A stretch of DNA of 60,642 nt from Bacteroidales bacterium (GTDB taxonomy: Bacteria > Bacteroidota > Bacteroidia > Bacteroidales > Muribaculaceae). Under the pieces are notes generated by a model. It saw only the letters and a list, made by a program, of their open reading frames with translations. It was not told where the DNA came from and ran no database searches. Both the position numbers and the translations under genes were made by a program. The stretch is from assembly GCA_900755985.1 (NCBI GenBank), contig CAAEIL010000010.1, forward strand, positions 1 to 60,642. Reading direction: 5' to 3'. This document shows positions 30,101 through 40,400 of the stretch, in pieces (positions within the stretch are counted from its first letter, which is position 1; every line of letters starts with the position of its first letter).

Positions 30101-32466
30101 CATTCTACCGTACGGGGATTTTCACTACACTGAGAACTACTTCACCCGTAGCACCTTTATGGAACACCTACAATTCGGAGGTTGATTTCTCTTCAGACGA
30201 CATTCGATTATTAGGCTATATTAACGTTGCCTATGGTGTAAGTCTGAAATCAGCCAAGCAGAGTGCTCGCCCAAGAAATATGGCGATGGCAAAAAAACAG
30301 GAATTTGCCGCAGAAGAAGATGCCGTGGAGGAATCTGCCCCGATGTATGCCGCCGTCGCAGAGACTTCGGACGAAGCCAAAGAGAGCGCCGATGGCATGG
30401 ACGGAGGCGACAAGCAACCGCTATTGCGCACCCCCGACATCTTCTCGGCAATGTGGCAACCGACACTGACAAGCGACCGCACGGGCTGCCTTGACATCGA
30501 TTTCCTCGTTCCGGACGCCCTTACCACCTGGCAGCTCACTGCAACGGCCTGGGACAAGAAGATGAATACCGCTTCACTGACACGCACGCTCACGGCATCC
30601 AAACCTGTCATGGTATCGGCCAACATGCCGCGCTTCCTCCGTGCCGGCGACCGCGCACGTGTCCTCGCAACAGCAATGAACGGCACCGACTCAATTCTCA
30701 GTGTCAGTGTCATCACCGAAGCTTTTGCCCTTGACAACGACTCTGTCATCAGCTCCGCCACTAAAGAAATGACACTCGCACCGGGTGCCAAAGACCTCAT
30801 CGCCACCGATATCAATGTTCCCTTATACATGCAGGGAGAGCAACTTGGCTTCCGGGTGCGTGCTGTCGCCGGCAATTTTGGTGACGGTGAGCAGATAGCC
30901 ATTCCGGTACTTGATGCCGAAAGTTTTGTCCGCGAGGCCATCAACTTCTATCTCAACCCGACGGACAGTGTCTACACCACGGCTTTGCCACAACCTGTAG
31001 GCAGGGATTTCAAGAGCGAATTCTCATTCACTGCCAACCCGATGGCAACAATCATCGACGCACTGCCAGTACTCTGGAAAGACCCGGCGCCCACAGCATT
31101 CTCGCAGGCCTCGGCTTACTATGGCGCAGCAATAGCCTTGGCCATGGCAGAAAAATATCCTGAGATCGCCGCCAAGTTCGACAGCAAGCAATTACGCCGT
31201 CTCTCGGACGAGGCTCTTAAACGCCTCATCAAACTGCAGCGAGCCGACGGTGGCTTTGCATGGGGCGAATGGTCCTCCGAAAGTTCGTACTGGATTACAA
31301 CGGCCATACTCGACCGTTTCTACGACCTTACACGCTGGGGTTATCTGCCCAAAGACAAATCGCTGGCCAAAGCTCTCGATGCCGCAATACGTTACTGCGA
31401 TAGCCGTGTACGCGACACCGACCTGACCTATACCATTATACGTCCCGTATTCACCTCGGTACGCCCGTCGCTCAACGCACAGCAAGTCATCGATCGCACT
31501 CTCAACAACATTACACGCAACTGGAAGAAATACTCAACCGACGCCAAAGCCCTTTCGGTACTTGCTCTCGCAAATAACAAGCGTCTCGCCACGGCACGCA
31601 GCATAATAAGTTCGCTTGACCAGTATGCAGTGACAACGCCGTCTAAAGGTACGGTTTTCAAAAACGAACGTTCTCTGCTAAGCTACGGTCACCTACTCGA
31701 AGCCTATGCAGCCGCCGCACCCCGTTCGACCATTGTCGACGGTTTGCGCCAATACCTTATAGTAAGGCGTCAGGCCACCGACTGGGGCAACTGGAACCTG
31801 ACTTCGTATGTCGTTTCATCGTTCCTCAACTCCGGAACCGAATGGGCCGAACCCAAAGTCAGTCCCGAACTATATGTCGACAACGCTACCGTGGTCCTTT
31901 CACAGCCGAAAGGTGACGCTATGGTCTACTCTGCTCCGGTCTCAGGCAAAGAACTTCGCCTGGACGTTCATGATGCCGGTGTTCCGTCATACGGCGCAAT
32001 CGTCAGCTCGTACGTCGCCCCCATGGACAAAATCAAGGCTTACAGCGAAAGCGACGAAGTGTCCATATCCAAACGTCTGCTTGTACGCGATGCCTCCGGC
32101 AAGATGCACGATGCACCCGCCGTTCTGTCGGTTGGCCAGACCCTGACTGTTTCTGTGACAATACGCACCACACGACCAATGTCGTATGTAAGCATCAGCG
32201 ACTGCCGCCCCGCCGCTTTCGAACCCGCCGACCAACTCTCGCACGCCGTTTGGCAGGATGCCCTGTTCTATTATCGCGAGAATCGCGATGCTGAAACCCG
32301 CATCTTCATCGACTATCTGCCCGAAGGAACCAACGTTATCTCATACGATGTCACCGTCAATAACGCCGGCGAATTCGCTTCGGGCATAGCAACGATAACG
32401 TGCGACAAAGCTCCCAGCCTGACTGCCCATACAGCCGGAGCAACTATTACCGTCAACAACGACTAA
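27196..32466 (+). CDS. Alpha-2-macroglobulin family protein, secreted
   Basis: 1756 aa; TDLPVYKLGQEV (MG2), PDALTTW and MPRFLRAGD (A2M), LQRADGGFAW, RPAAFEP. Confidence 0.88.
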   Translation: MKRYYLAVLAVLMALTTTAAVKAPDFAFPRTVSKEAAAAYKTAVKNNDENAMLDAAIRIYLAGISIDNSSSTKCIGEFISNIAPLKKPASKAMATLFEASAYSYAYNQERYKFDGRELPLTPRPTDMAEWSGEMYKFVIDSLISESFRLADNTPLAQFKPIITADELSLSFYPSVKDFVSQYATGTLKYYVPQKTVDAVIDQMKVFHQSRTNPWYLWQTIAIEVNSDIDTSAKVKQYMALYQSQPQETGRAFVLERIIDDISEVRPKASQQVSFLDSALTYFKGYWIENNLRNEINRLKNPAIEISSPKSSFPADSETIKLKVSYSNLSHATVRIYNFTDENVANKAVIYGLGASRPVKSIALDFGQATPDERDTTITVSLPVGCNAIVSDIASTDSKKPYPLFINALKLVPTIVSEGNRRTLYITDAISGAPVQDVAAAVVSRRKNTKVTKLGTSDKLGRIIFECPEEGILQLKYNGLTSTYNNVSFYRIGRNDFVPTNISMTTDLPVYKLGQEVRCLGVLADTTGAVSNSAIQLTLRDSNYKTIGTNTAYTDGFGRFTCKFSLPSETRTGRFSISAQGTNHASAAVGFEVSDFKMPAFRADSIAVVGAGLHKDYADASGRILTYAGFPLSNTRIDICVSGVDSTFTTTTNADGRFALRLDSVFSDKANNRWRNVSISATSPDGTKLDVYNSSVSRYPYNLELSGTGRKFDSDSIITVKAKLTTALDREIDGTLRWRLCDKKDTTICAGIGKTGSLTLDFSKIKPGEYTLKVCDTDSLASATSVNITLYSLHSDSLPKEGILWTPDSKVKVHKGEITARVLVSAPGANIFYGILDRPEDYKCEYVKAGWHTLHYKADADGEDNFVAFAVRDIAHSSLNFEIEVQNIDKEALKLVLESFRDKVYTGSTEKWQFRITDAQNRPVEAALALNVYNSRLSVFGIPDALRPACPSLFNPGVSIRFPEQGWQASFYRTGIFTTLRTTSPVAPLWNTYNSEVDFSSDDIRLLGYINVAYGVSLKSAKQSARPRNMAMAKKQEFAAEEDAVEESAPMYAAVAETSDEAKESADGMDGGDKQPLLRTPDIFSAMWQPTLTSDRTGCLDIDFLVPDALTTWQLTATAWDKKMNTASLTRTLTASKPVMVSANMPRFLRAGDRARVLATAMNGTDSILSVSVITEAFALDNDSVISSATKEMTLAPGAKDLIATDINVPLYMQGEQLGFRVRAVAGNFGDGEQIAIPVLDAESFVREAINFYLNPTDSVYTTALPQPVGRDFKSEFSFTANPMATIIDALPVLWKDPAPTAFSQASAYYGAAIALAMAEKYPEIAAKFDSKQLRRLSDEALKRLIKLQRADGGFAWGEWSSESSYWITTAILDRFYDLTRWGYLPKDKSLAKALDAAIRYCDSRVRDTDLTYTIIRPVFTSVRPSLNAQQVIDRTLNNITRNWKKYSTDAKALSVLALANNKRLATARSIISSLDQYAVTTPSKGTVFKNERSLLSYGHLLEAYAAAAPRSTIVDGLRQYLIVRRQATDWGNWNLTSYVVSSFLNSGTEWAEPKVSPELYVDNATVVLSQPKGDAMVYSAPVSGKELRLDVHDAGVPSYGAIVSSYVAPMDKIKAYSESDEVSISKRLLVRDASGKMHDAPAVLSVGQTLTVSVTIRTTRPMSYVSISDCRPAAFEPADQLSHAVWQDALFYYRENRDAETRIFIDYLPEGTNVISYDVTVNNAGEFASGIATITCDKAPSLTAHTAGATITVNND

Positions 32467-32483
32467 ACTTTCATTCCGGATAC

Positions 32484-32855
32484 ATGTACACATTCAAATC
32501 ATCGATTATAAAATCACGAGTTATTATTTTTCTGATAGCCTCGGCCTTTGACGTCTGCTCCGTTTTCGGACAGAAAGTCTACTCGGCATCATCACAATAT
32601 TCGGCCGACGTCAAAGTATTTGTCACCGACAAGGAATATCGTGCCGACCTTATCGTATACAAGACCGACAAGGCATATCGTGTCAATAAATCTGACAACA
32701 ACGGCATATGGTATTTCACCGACAAATCATACAACTCCGACAAAAAGATATTCTTTGTCGACCACGAATACAATGCCGACCTCACAATATTCTTTACAGA
32801 CAAGGAATACCGCGCAGGCTGGAAAAATCTCAAGAAAAAGCATCTGATGTACTGA
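32484..32855 (+). CDS. Small secreted repeat protein (DUF6150-like)
   Basis: Signal-like N-terminus; repeated (V/F)TDKEYxAD units ending YRAGWKN. Confidence 0.7.
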   Translation: MYTFKSSIIKSRVIIFLIASAFDVCSVFGQKVYSASSQYSADVKVFVTDKEYRADLIVYKTDKAYRVNKSDNNGIWYFTDKSYNSDKKIFFVDHEYNADLTIFFTDKEYRAGWKNLKKKHLMY

Positions 32856-32926
32856 CAGCAGATTGTCCCGATGCGCTTGTTGTGATACGTTTATTCTAAA
32901 AGCGCCATTATACCACTCTTTCTTAC

Positions 32927-32972
32927 GGCAGCCTGAAAGACCACCCTGCGTTTTTTCGGGCTGCCTCTTTTT
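32927..32972 (+). terminator. Rho-independent terminator
   Basis: GGCAGCCTGAAAGA / TTTTTTCGGGCTGCC stem plus TCTTTTT. Confidence 0.75.
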
Positions 32973-33048
32973 GTGCCTGAATCGGGGGACCTACAGGATT
33001 CGTTTGAACCTTAGGTATTCGAGCCTTTTGAGGGGATATTGGGCAACA

Positions 33049-33090
33049 GCGAACCGGGCTGAACCGAGCTGAACCCAGGGCTGAACCCGG
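33049..33090 (+). repeat. Short imperfect tandem repeat, 4 x GC(T)GAACC
   Basis: GCGAACCGG, GCTGAACCGA, GCTGAACCCAGG, GCTGAACCCGG. Confidence 0.7.
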
Positions 33091-33147
33091 ACAGCAAACT
33101 GAGCGAAGTCCGATGCAATAATTTGGCCAGAATTCAAATTTTTTGAT

Positions 33148-33155
33148 TAATTTTG
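33148..33155 (+). promoter_or_regulatory. -7 promoter box for pheS operon
   Basis: TAATTTTG, with TTTG at 33122-33125. Confidence 0.6.
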
Positions 33156-33220
33156 CATTTTGTAACGACTGCGGTGTTTTACGCTTAGTCTTTTACTTTT
33201 GTAACCAACCAACTATCGCG

Positions 33221-34240
33221 ATGTTAGACAAGATAAACAATCTTAAATCACAAATCGAGGCGCTGACCGCGTCTTCGCCCGACGAGGTGGAGGCACTGCG
33301 CATTAAATATCTATCAAAGAAAGGCGAAGTGTCGCTGCTTTTCAATGATTTTCGAAACGTTCCGCCCGAACAGAAAAAAGAGATAGGCCAGGCGCTCAAC
33401 GCCCTCAAAGTCATGGCTACGGACAAAATTAACGCGCTGCGCGAAGCATTGCTGTCGGCCGACAGCATCGATTCCGACCTGGACCTTACGCGCACTCCGG
33501 CGCCAACAATTCTGGGCACACGTCATCCGCTGTCGCTTGTCCGCGAACAGATTGTCGACATTTTCCGACGCCTGGGCTTCTCGATAGCCGAAGGTCCCGA
33601 AATCGAGGACGATTGGCACCTGTTCTCGTCGCTGAACTTTGCCGCTGACCATCCGGCACGCGACATGCAGGACACATTCTTCGTTGGCAAAGACCCGGAC
33701 CTCTTCCTGCGCTCGCACACATCGTCAGTCCAGACACGTGTCATGATGTCGCAACAGCCTCCCATCCGCATCATTTGCCCCGGGCGCGTCTATCGCAACG
33801 AAGCCATCTCGGCACGCGCACACTGCTTCTTCCATCAGGTCGAGGCATTGTACGTCGACACCGACGTCTCGTTTGCCGACCTGCGTCAGACGCTGCTTTA
33901 CTTTGCCCGCGAGATGTTCGGCCCTGAAACTCAGATTCGCCTGCGTCCAAGCTACTTCCCCTTCACCGAGCCTTCGGCCGAAATGGACATCAGTTGCGAC
34001 CTTTGCGGCGGAAAAGGCTGCTCGTTCTGCAAAGGCACCGGGTGGGTCGAAATTCTTGGCTGCGGCATGGTTGACCCCAATGTCCTCGAAGCCTGCGGCA
34101 TAGACTCCAAGAAATATACCGGTTTTGCCCTCGGTATGGGTGTCGAACGTATCACCAACCTCAAATACCGCGTCAAAGACTTGCGCATGTTCTCCGAGAA
34201 CGACAAACGCTTCCTCGAAGAATTCAAAGCCGCTCACTGA
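33221..34240 (+). CDS. pheS: Phenylalanine-tRNA ligase alpha subunit
   Basis: HPARDMQDTF, PGRVYRNE, FHQVE, YFPFTEPSAE, GCGMV; ATG 33221. Confidence 0.98.
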   Translation: MLDKINNLKSQIEALTASSPDEVEALRIKYLSKKGEVSLLFNDFRNVPPEQKKEIGQALNALKVMATDKINALREALLSADSIDSDLDLTRTPAPTILGTRHPLSLVREQIVDIFRRLGFSIAEGPEIEDDWHLFSSLNFAADHPARDMQDTFFVGKDPDLFLRSHTSSVQTRVMMSQQPPIRIICPGRVYRNEAISARAHCFFHQVEALYVDTDVSFADLRQTLLYFAREMFGPETQIRLRPSYFPFTEPSAEMDISCDLCGGKGCSFCKGTGWVEILGCGMVDPNVLEACGIDSKKYTGFALGMGVERITNLKYRVKDLRMFSENDKRFLEEFKAAH

Positions 34241-34250
34241 CACCCTGACT

Positions 34251-34913
34251 ATGACAGTCGCCGAGCGATACCACAAAATCATCGAACGTTTCGAGCATGA
34301 AATGCCCATGCCCGAAACCGAATTGCGTTACGACACGCCTTTTCAACTGCTTGTCGCCGTCATATTATCGGCACAATGCACTGATAAACGCATCAATATG
34401 GTGACGCCCGAGCTTTTCAGGGCTTTTCCCACCGCCGAAAAGATGGCCGAGGCTTCGACCGACGAAATTTACGAGTACATCAAGTCCGTGTCGTACCCCA
34501 ACAACAAGGCTAAAGCTCTTGCCGGCATGTCACGCAAACTCATCGACGACTTCGGCGGCAAAGTCCCAGACAACATCGATGACCTGACATCACTTCCCGG
34601 CGTCGGCCGCAAGACTGCCAACGTCATTCTCGCCGTGATATATGCCCGGGCGGCAATGGCAGTCGACACACATGTCTTCCGTGTCAGCGACCGTTTAGGT
34701 CTGACCACACGATGCAAGACTCCGCTTGCCACCGAGAAGGCTCTTATGCGGCATCTCCCGCCCGAAGTCGTCCCCAAGGCGCATCACTGGCTCATTCTGC
34801 ACGGCCGCTATGTTTGCAAAGCACGCAAACCGGAGTGCGAAGGCTGTTATTTGGCCGACCTGTGCCGTTATCGTCAGAACCAGCTTAAACAAAGCGCATC
34901 AATGCCATCCTGA
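34251..34913 (+). CDS. nth: Endonuclease III
   Basis: LSAQCTD, HhH motif LPGVGRKTANV, VDTHV, C-terminal 4Fe-4S cysteines. Confidence 0.96.
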   Translation: MTVAERYHKIIERFEHEMPMPETELRYDTPFQLLVAVILSAQCTDKRINMVTPELFRAFPTAEKMAEASTDEIYEYIKSVSYPNNKAKALAGMSRKLIDDFGGKVPDNIDDLTSLPGVGRKTANVILAVIYARAAMAVDTHVFRVSDRLGLTTRCKTPLATEKALMRHLPPEVVPKAHHWLILHGRYVCKARKPECEGCYLADLCRYRQNQLKQSASMPS

Positions 34914-34954
34914 CCGCTTCCACCATAACAGTTCATCACGTCTGATTTTCAATA

Positions 34955-35671
34955 ATGGAAGAGACCACGTTCATTATCGTCATCGAAGTACTGGGCACCA
35001 TATCCTTTGCCATATCGGGTATAAGGCTTGCCGCTGCCAAGAACTTCGACTGGTTCGGAGCCTATGTCGTGGGACTTGTCACAGCAATCGGCGGCGGTAC
35101 CTTGCGCGATGTCCTCATAGGCGTCCCGGTATTTTGGATGGTGTCGTGGCTGTATTTAGCCGTCACCGGACTATCGCTGCTCACGGTACTGATTTTCAGG
35201 CGAGCACTTGTAGGCGGCATGCGCACGCTGTTTATATTCGACGCCATAGGTCTGGCGCTGTTTGTCGTCATCGGCATCGAAAAAAGCCTTGCCATGGGAT
35301 ATCCTATGTGGGTGGCAATCACGATGGGCATCATTACCGGCTCATTTGGCGGTGTACTCCGCGATATTCTTATCGGCGAGTTGCCAATGTTCTTCCGCAA
35401 GGACATCTACGCCACGGCTTGTCTGGCCGGAGGTATTGTTTACTCGCTGATTACGCTCTTAGACTTTAACCCAATAGTTCCGCAATGCCTTTGCGCCATA
35501 ACCGTCATAGGCCTGCGTATACTCGCTGTGCGCTACAACTGGTCTCTCCCGGCCTTAAAAGTCGACCCCAAACTTGTCGAGCGCGACCTTAAAGAAAACC
35601 CAATGCGGCGACGCCGTGTACAACAGTCTACAAACCATGCTAATGACATCAACAAAGACAAGCAGGTCTGA
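34955..35671 (+). CDS. Trimeric intracellular cation channel (UPF0126/YadS-like) membrane protein
   Basis: Two repeats GGGTLRD and FGGVLRD; DAIGL. Confidence 0.88.
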   Translation: MEETTFIIVIEVLGTISFAISGIRLAAAKNFDWFGAYVVGLVTAIGGGTLRDVLIGVPVFWMVSWLYLAVTGLSLLTVLIFRRALVGGMRTLFIFDAIGLALFVVIGIEKSLAMGYPMWVAITMGIITGSFGGVLRDILIGELPMFFRKDIYATACLAGGIVYSLITLLDFNPIVPQCLCAITVIGLRILAVRYNWSLPALKVDPKLVERDLKENPMRRRRVQQSTNHANDINKDKQV

Positions 35672-36080
35672 ACGCCCGTTCATACAACTGCTGAAATACG
35701 GTATTGTCGGCGTTATGAACACGCTGATAACACTCGGTTTGATTTTTCTTTGCAAATCGGTGCTCGGGCTTAATCCATATTTCTCAAATGCAATAGGTTA
35801 TGTCGCGGGTCTCATAAACTCGTTTATATGGAACCGTAGCTGGGTTTTCCGTTCACACGGACGCATTTCAGTACAGGCCATTCACTTCTTCTGCGCGTTC
35901 GTGCTATGCTATGGAATACAGTTCCTTGTCGTCTGGCTTCTCAACCGTTCATCTTTCGGGGCACTCGAATTCTATATTTTGGGCATCACTCTTTCGGGAT
36001 ACGGCATTGCCACACTCATTGGAAATGTGGTTTACACCTGTTGCAACTTCATCTACAATCGAATCATAACATTCAGGTAA
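35637..36080 (+). CDS. GtrA family membrane protein
   Basis: KYGIVGVMNTL, NSFIWNRSWVF, NFIYNRIITF; 4 TMs. Confidence 0.85.
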   Translation: MLMTSTKTSRSERPFIQLLKYGIVGVMNTLITLGLIFLCKSVLGLNPYFSNAIGYVAGLINSFIWNRSWVFRSHGRISVQAIHFFCAFVLCYGIQFLVVWLLNRSSFGALEFYILGITLSGYGIATLIGNVVYTCCNFIYNRIITFR

Positions 36081-36142
36081 TCGAACCTTAAAGCCTTGAG
36101 GTTTGTTTGCATATAAAACACATAATAAAATCACATAATAAA

Positions 36143-36592
36143 ATGAAAAGGACTCTTTCGGCTTTCATAGCCACATTAATGATTACCTGCATCAGTCTGA
36201 CTGCATTCGCTGAAAAAAAATACACGCACGACTCGTCGGTACTTCCCCCTGCCGCTACCGTCATGCTGAAGAAAAACTTTAAAAGCGAAGTCTCGCTTGT
36301 CAAAACAGAAAAAACTCTCGGTCGCGTCAGCGAATATGAAGTAATTCTGCGCGACGGCACCGAAATTACATTCGATGCCGCAGGCAACTGGAAAGAAATC
36401 GAAACATCGTACAAATCGAAAGTTCCTGACGGTATAGTTCTCCAGACCATCCGCGACTACATCAAGGCTCACCAAAACAAATCAGCGGTCGTCGGTATCG
36501 AAAGAGACCGCAAGGGTTATGATGTAACTTTAGCCAACGGCGTAGAGATGGAATTCGACCTGAATGGAAACTTTGTACGCTATGACAAATAA
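36143..36592 (+). CDS. PepSY-like (DUF2874/BLIP-like) periplasmic protein
   Basis: Signal peptide; repeats YEVILRDGTEITFDAAGNW and YDVTLANGVEMEFDLNGNF. Confidence 0.85.
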   Translation: MKRTLSAFIATLMITCISLTAFAEKKYTHDSSVLPPAATVMLKKNFKSEVSLVKTEKTLGRVSEYEVILRDGTEITFDAAGNWKEIETSYKSKVPDGIVLQTIRDYIKAHQNKSAVVGIERDRKGYDVTLANGVEMEFDLNGNFVRYDK

Positions 36593-36642
36593 ACAATAGT
36601 CAAAAGACTGATTAACCAAACTTAAAACACGCTTGTGTCAAA

Positions 36643-37086
36643 ATGAAACCCGTAAAGAAAATCTTTCTGGCAATAGTCGCCATCATAACTGCCGTAAGTT
36701 TTACATCATGCGACGATGATGATTACTACCCCTATTACAGCCAGCTTCCCGATGCCGCAAACGCTTTTCTAAGCCAATATTTCTACAACTACGACATCGT
36801 TGACATTGATGTTCAGGGCTACGGCACCTCAACAACCTATGGTGTGTATTTTGACTCGGGCGCAGAAGCATATTTTGACTATTACGGAAACTGGTATTAT
36901 ATCCAGGCCGCTCCCGGATGGACTATACCGTCGGGAATCGTTCCCTACAATATAGAAAACTACGTCTACAACTACTTTTACCCCGCAGCAGGCATCAACA
37001 TTGCCCAAATCACCAACTGGGGATATCAGATAACACTGACCGACTGGACTGTACTGAACTTTGACCCCTCGGGGTATCCACTTTGA
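36643..37086 (+). CDS. PepSY-like lipoprotein, Tyr-rich and acidic
   Basis: Lipobox FTS-C followed by DDDD; LPxAAxAFLSQYF, YFDYYGNW and LNFDPSG PepSY-like repeats. Confidence 0.75.
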   Translation: MKPVKKIFLAIVAIITAVSFTSCDDDDYYPYYSQLPDAANAFLSQYFYNYDIVDIDVQGYGTSTTYGVYFDSGAEAYFDYYGNWYYIQAAPGWTIPSGIVPYNIENYVYNYFYPAAGINIAQITNWGYQITLTDWTVLNFDPSGYPL

Positions 37087-37152
37087 TACCCCAAAACATA
37101 TTCAGGCCACACTGATACTATTGTCACAAGCGGTCTACATTCCTGACATTCC

Positions 37153-37194
37153 AATCAGCTGTGCCTACGCATTGACGCGTAGGCACAGCTGATT
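37153..37194. terminator. Perfect 18-bp stem-loop, probable terminator
   Basis: AATCAGCTGTGCCTACGC-attgac-GCGTAGGCACAGCTGATT. Confidence 0.75.
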
Positions 37195-37334
37195 TGCTAT
37201 AAAAGGTTGACCCAAACATGCTATGCAACATATCTCCGAACATTGTTTTGTGAAAATATGTAGTTGATTATTAAAGAATGTTTACAGAGCTTGAATATTC
37301 TTTATTTTTTCTTTTCGGAGCAAAAAAATTAACT

Positions 37335-37342
37335 TATCTTTG
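37335..37342 (+). promoter_or_regulatory. -7 promoter box heading the PG-utilisation locus
   Basis: TATCTTTG in an AT-rich intergenic region. Confidence 0.65.
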
Positions 37343-37432
37343 TAGAAATAAAATGGGCAGTACATGAATGTACTATCACGTCATGTCGAAAGTTATTCCA
37401 AACTGTCCATCCTATACCATAAAAAACAAAAA

Positions 37433-40400
37433 ATGTACTGTCCTCTAACCAAAACCGTCCCAACCGTCGCCTTAGCTATCGCTATGGCTATGCCTGCGAC
37501 TATTGCGTATGCCTCGACTCCCGAGCAGGATGCCGTCACGTCCGCTCTTAAAAAACATTATCCCGGCACATCAAACCTCGGCGCTCTCCGTGTCGGCGCC
37601 GTCAATATCAATGACGATGCCAAGACTATCACCGCCGAGCTAAACGAGACCGCAGCTTATATTCCACTGACACAACAGACACTTGCCCAGCTAAAAAACG
37701 AAGTTGCTGCAGGTCTTGGCGACCGTTACGCCGACTATGACGTCAATCTCAACATCATTTACCGAGACAAAAAAGGCAACACAACCGACCGTGTAAGTCT
37801 CGACCAACTTGTTCTTTTCGCTCCCAAAAATGTAAAAGGTCCCACCGAGACCGACCCTTTCATATCACGACTTGATGCAGACAAAGCACCTGCAGGTCTC
37901 GATGGCAAAAACATAGCTCTATGGCAGAGTCACGGATGGTATTTCGAGCCTAAGCTAAACCGCTTCGAATGGCAGCGCGCACGTATCTTCCAGACCGTCG
38001 AAGACCTCTTTACTCAAAGTTACGTAATGCCCTACCTAATGCCTATGCTCGAAAATGCCGGCGCATACGTCATGTCACCTCGCGAACGCGACACCAACCC
38101 GGTCGAAATCATTATCGACAACGACGGTGCTCTCGCTCGGGGCAAATACACCGAAAATGGCTCATGGTCAGACGCCGGAACAGGATTCGCCTATAAGAAC
38201 AAGACATACAAGGACGTAGAAAACCCGTTCAGAGACGGTACTGCACGCAAAGCTAACGTCAGCGCACTTGCTGACAATGCAGCGCACGCCAGCTGGACAG
38301 CCGATTTTCCCAAAGCAGGCAACTATGCCGTTTACGTTTCTTACACATCACTGCCCGAGAGTGCCAAAGACGCCCTATACCGTGTCAATTCGAAAAACGG
38401 CTCAAAAGACTTCCGCATCAATCAGCAGATGGGCGGCGGAACATGGATATACCTCGGTCACTTTGACTTCGACAAAGGCACACCTGAACTGCCGGTAGTC
38501 GAACTTATAGCCCAGGGCGCCAACGGCGGAGTCGTAAGCGCCGATGCCGTAAAAATTGGCGGAGGAACCGGCAACATCGCCCGCAAAGTCAAAAATTCAA
38601 ACGACAACATCGAATACGACTACGTAACAAGTGACTATCCACGGTTCACCGAAGGCGCACGCTACTGGCTTCAGTGGGCCGGCGCTCCCGACAGCGTCTT
38701 TACCCCCTCGGGTAATGTCAACGACTACACTGACGATTACCGTTGCCGTGGTCTTTGGGTCAACTGGCTCACAGGCGGTTCATCAATGTTACCCGACCGC
38801 GCAGGCCTTAAAATTCCTGTCGACCTCTCGTTTGCCTGGCACTCTGACGCCGGCACTACCATGAACGACTCAATTATCGGCACACTCGGAATCTACTGCA
38901 CCGCCGGAGACAAATACGCCAACGGTAGCGACCGCAACACTTCGCGCGACTTCTGCGACCTGGTCATGACCAACATCGTTGACGACGTCCGCGCACAATT
39001 CGAGCCCAACTGGACACGGCGCGGAATGTGGAACTCGTCTTACTACGAAGCTCGCGTTCCCGAGGTTCCCGCCATGCTGCTCGAATTCCTTTCGCACCAG
39101 AACCTCGCCGACATGAAGTACGGTCTTGACCCCAACTTCCGCTTTACTGTCTCGCGTGCAGTATACAAAGGCATGCTCAAATATCTGGCACATCGCGATG
39201 GCCGCGAATATGTTGTCCAGCCACTTCCGGTACACGCTTTCGCAATCAACGGTGGTAATGACGGCCGATATAACTTGACATGGTCTGCCACCCCCGACTC
39301 GCTCGAAGCGACAGCAATGCCCACATATTATAATATAGAAGAGCGCGTAGGCGATGGTGGCTTCCGCAAAATAGCTCGTGTCACCGAACCTCGATTCGAG
39401 CTTACCGTCAATGACGAAGCCATACACAGCTATCGAATAATTGCCGGCAACGACGGCGGCGTATCATTCCCCTCCGAAGTCCTGGCACTCGCCTACCGGC
39501 CCGGCAAACCCGTGGTTACGATTGTCAACGGATTTACACGCGTTTCGGCCCCAGACACATTCGACTCGGGCGAAATTGCCGGATTCTACGACGCAAAAGA
39601 CGCCGGTGTTCCCTACGTCAGCGACATCTCGTACATAGGCCCCATGTTCGAGTTCCGCCGTAACATTCCATGGATGGATGATGATGCCGCAGGCTTTGGC
39701 GCCTCGCGCGCAAACTACGAAAAAGAAGTCATCGCCGGCAACACCTTCGACTTCGTCTATGCACACGGACGCGCAATCACTCAGGCCGGAATGGGCTTCA
39801 TCTCAAGCTCGGTAGAAGCTTTCACCAACACACTAGCAGATGCAGACTGCCCGATTGTCGACCTCATACTCGGCAAACAGAAAGAAATCAAACAGGGCCG
39901 GGGAGTTTACGGCACACGTTATAAGACATTCCCGACTGCCCTCCAGAACAAAATAAAGGCCATGACCGCCGTCGGCACATCGTTCTTTGTTTCCGGTGCT
40001 TATGTAGCAACGGACCTCTGGGACAATCCCAACTCGAGCGAAACTGTCGCTGAAGCCGATCAAAAATTCGCCACTGAAGTTCTCGGATATCACTGGCGCG
40101 TGGGACAGGCAAGCGTTACCGGTCAGGCCTACGAAGTCCAGTCACGCTTCAAAGCCTTCAATGGCGGCGAATTCGACTTCTCTAATATAATGAATTCCGA
40201 CTGCTACGCCGTCGAGTCGCCTGACTCGTTCTATGCTCCCGATACCGCGAAAGGCGCAACCATAATGCGTTACAGCGAAAACAACCTTGTCGCAGGCACA
40301 GCATTCGACCCCGGAACTTACCGTACGGTAGTCATCGGTTTCCCCTTCGAGACCATCAAAGGTGCCGATGCTCAGGCAAAGCTTATGAAACAGGTACTTT

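Noticed and set aside
34726..35469. 247-aa alternative-frame ORF across nth and the TRIC gene
   Set aside because: Arg/His-rich off-frame translation overlapping two well-supported genes.
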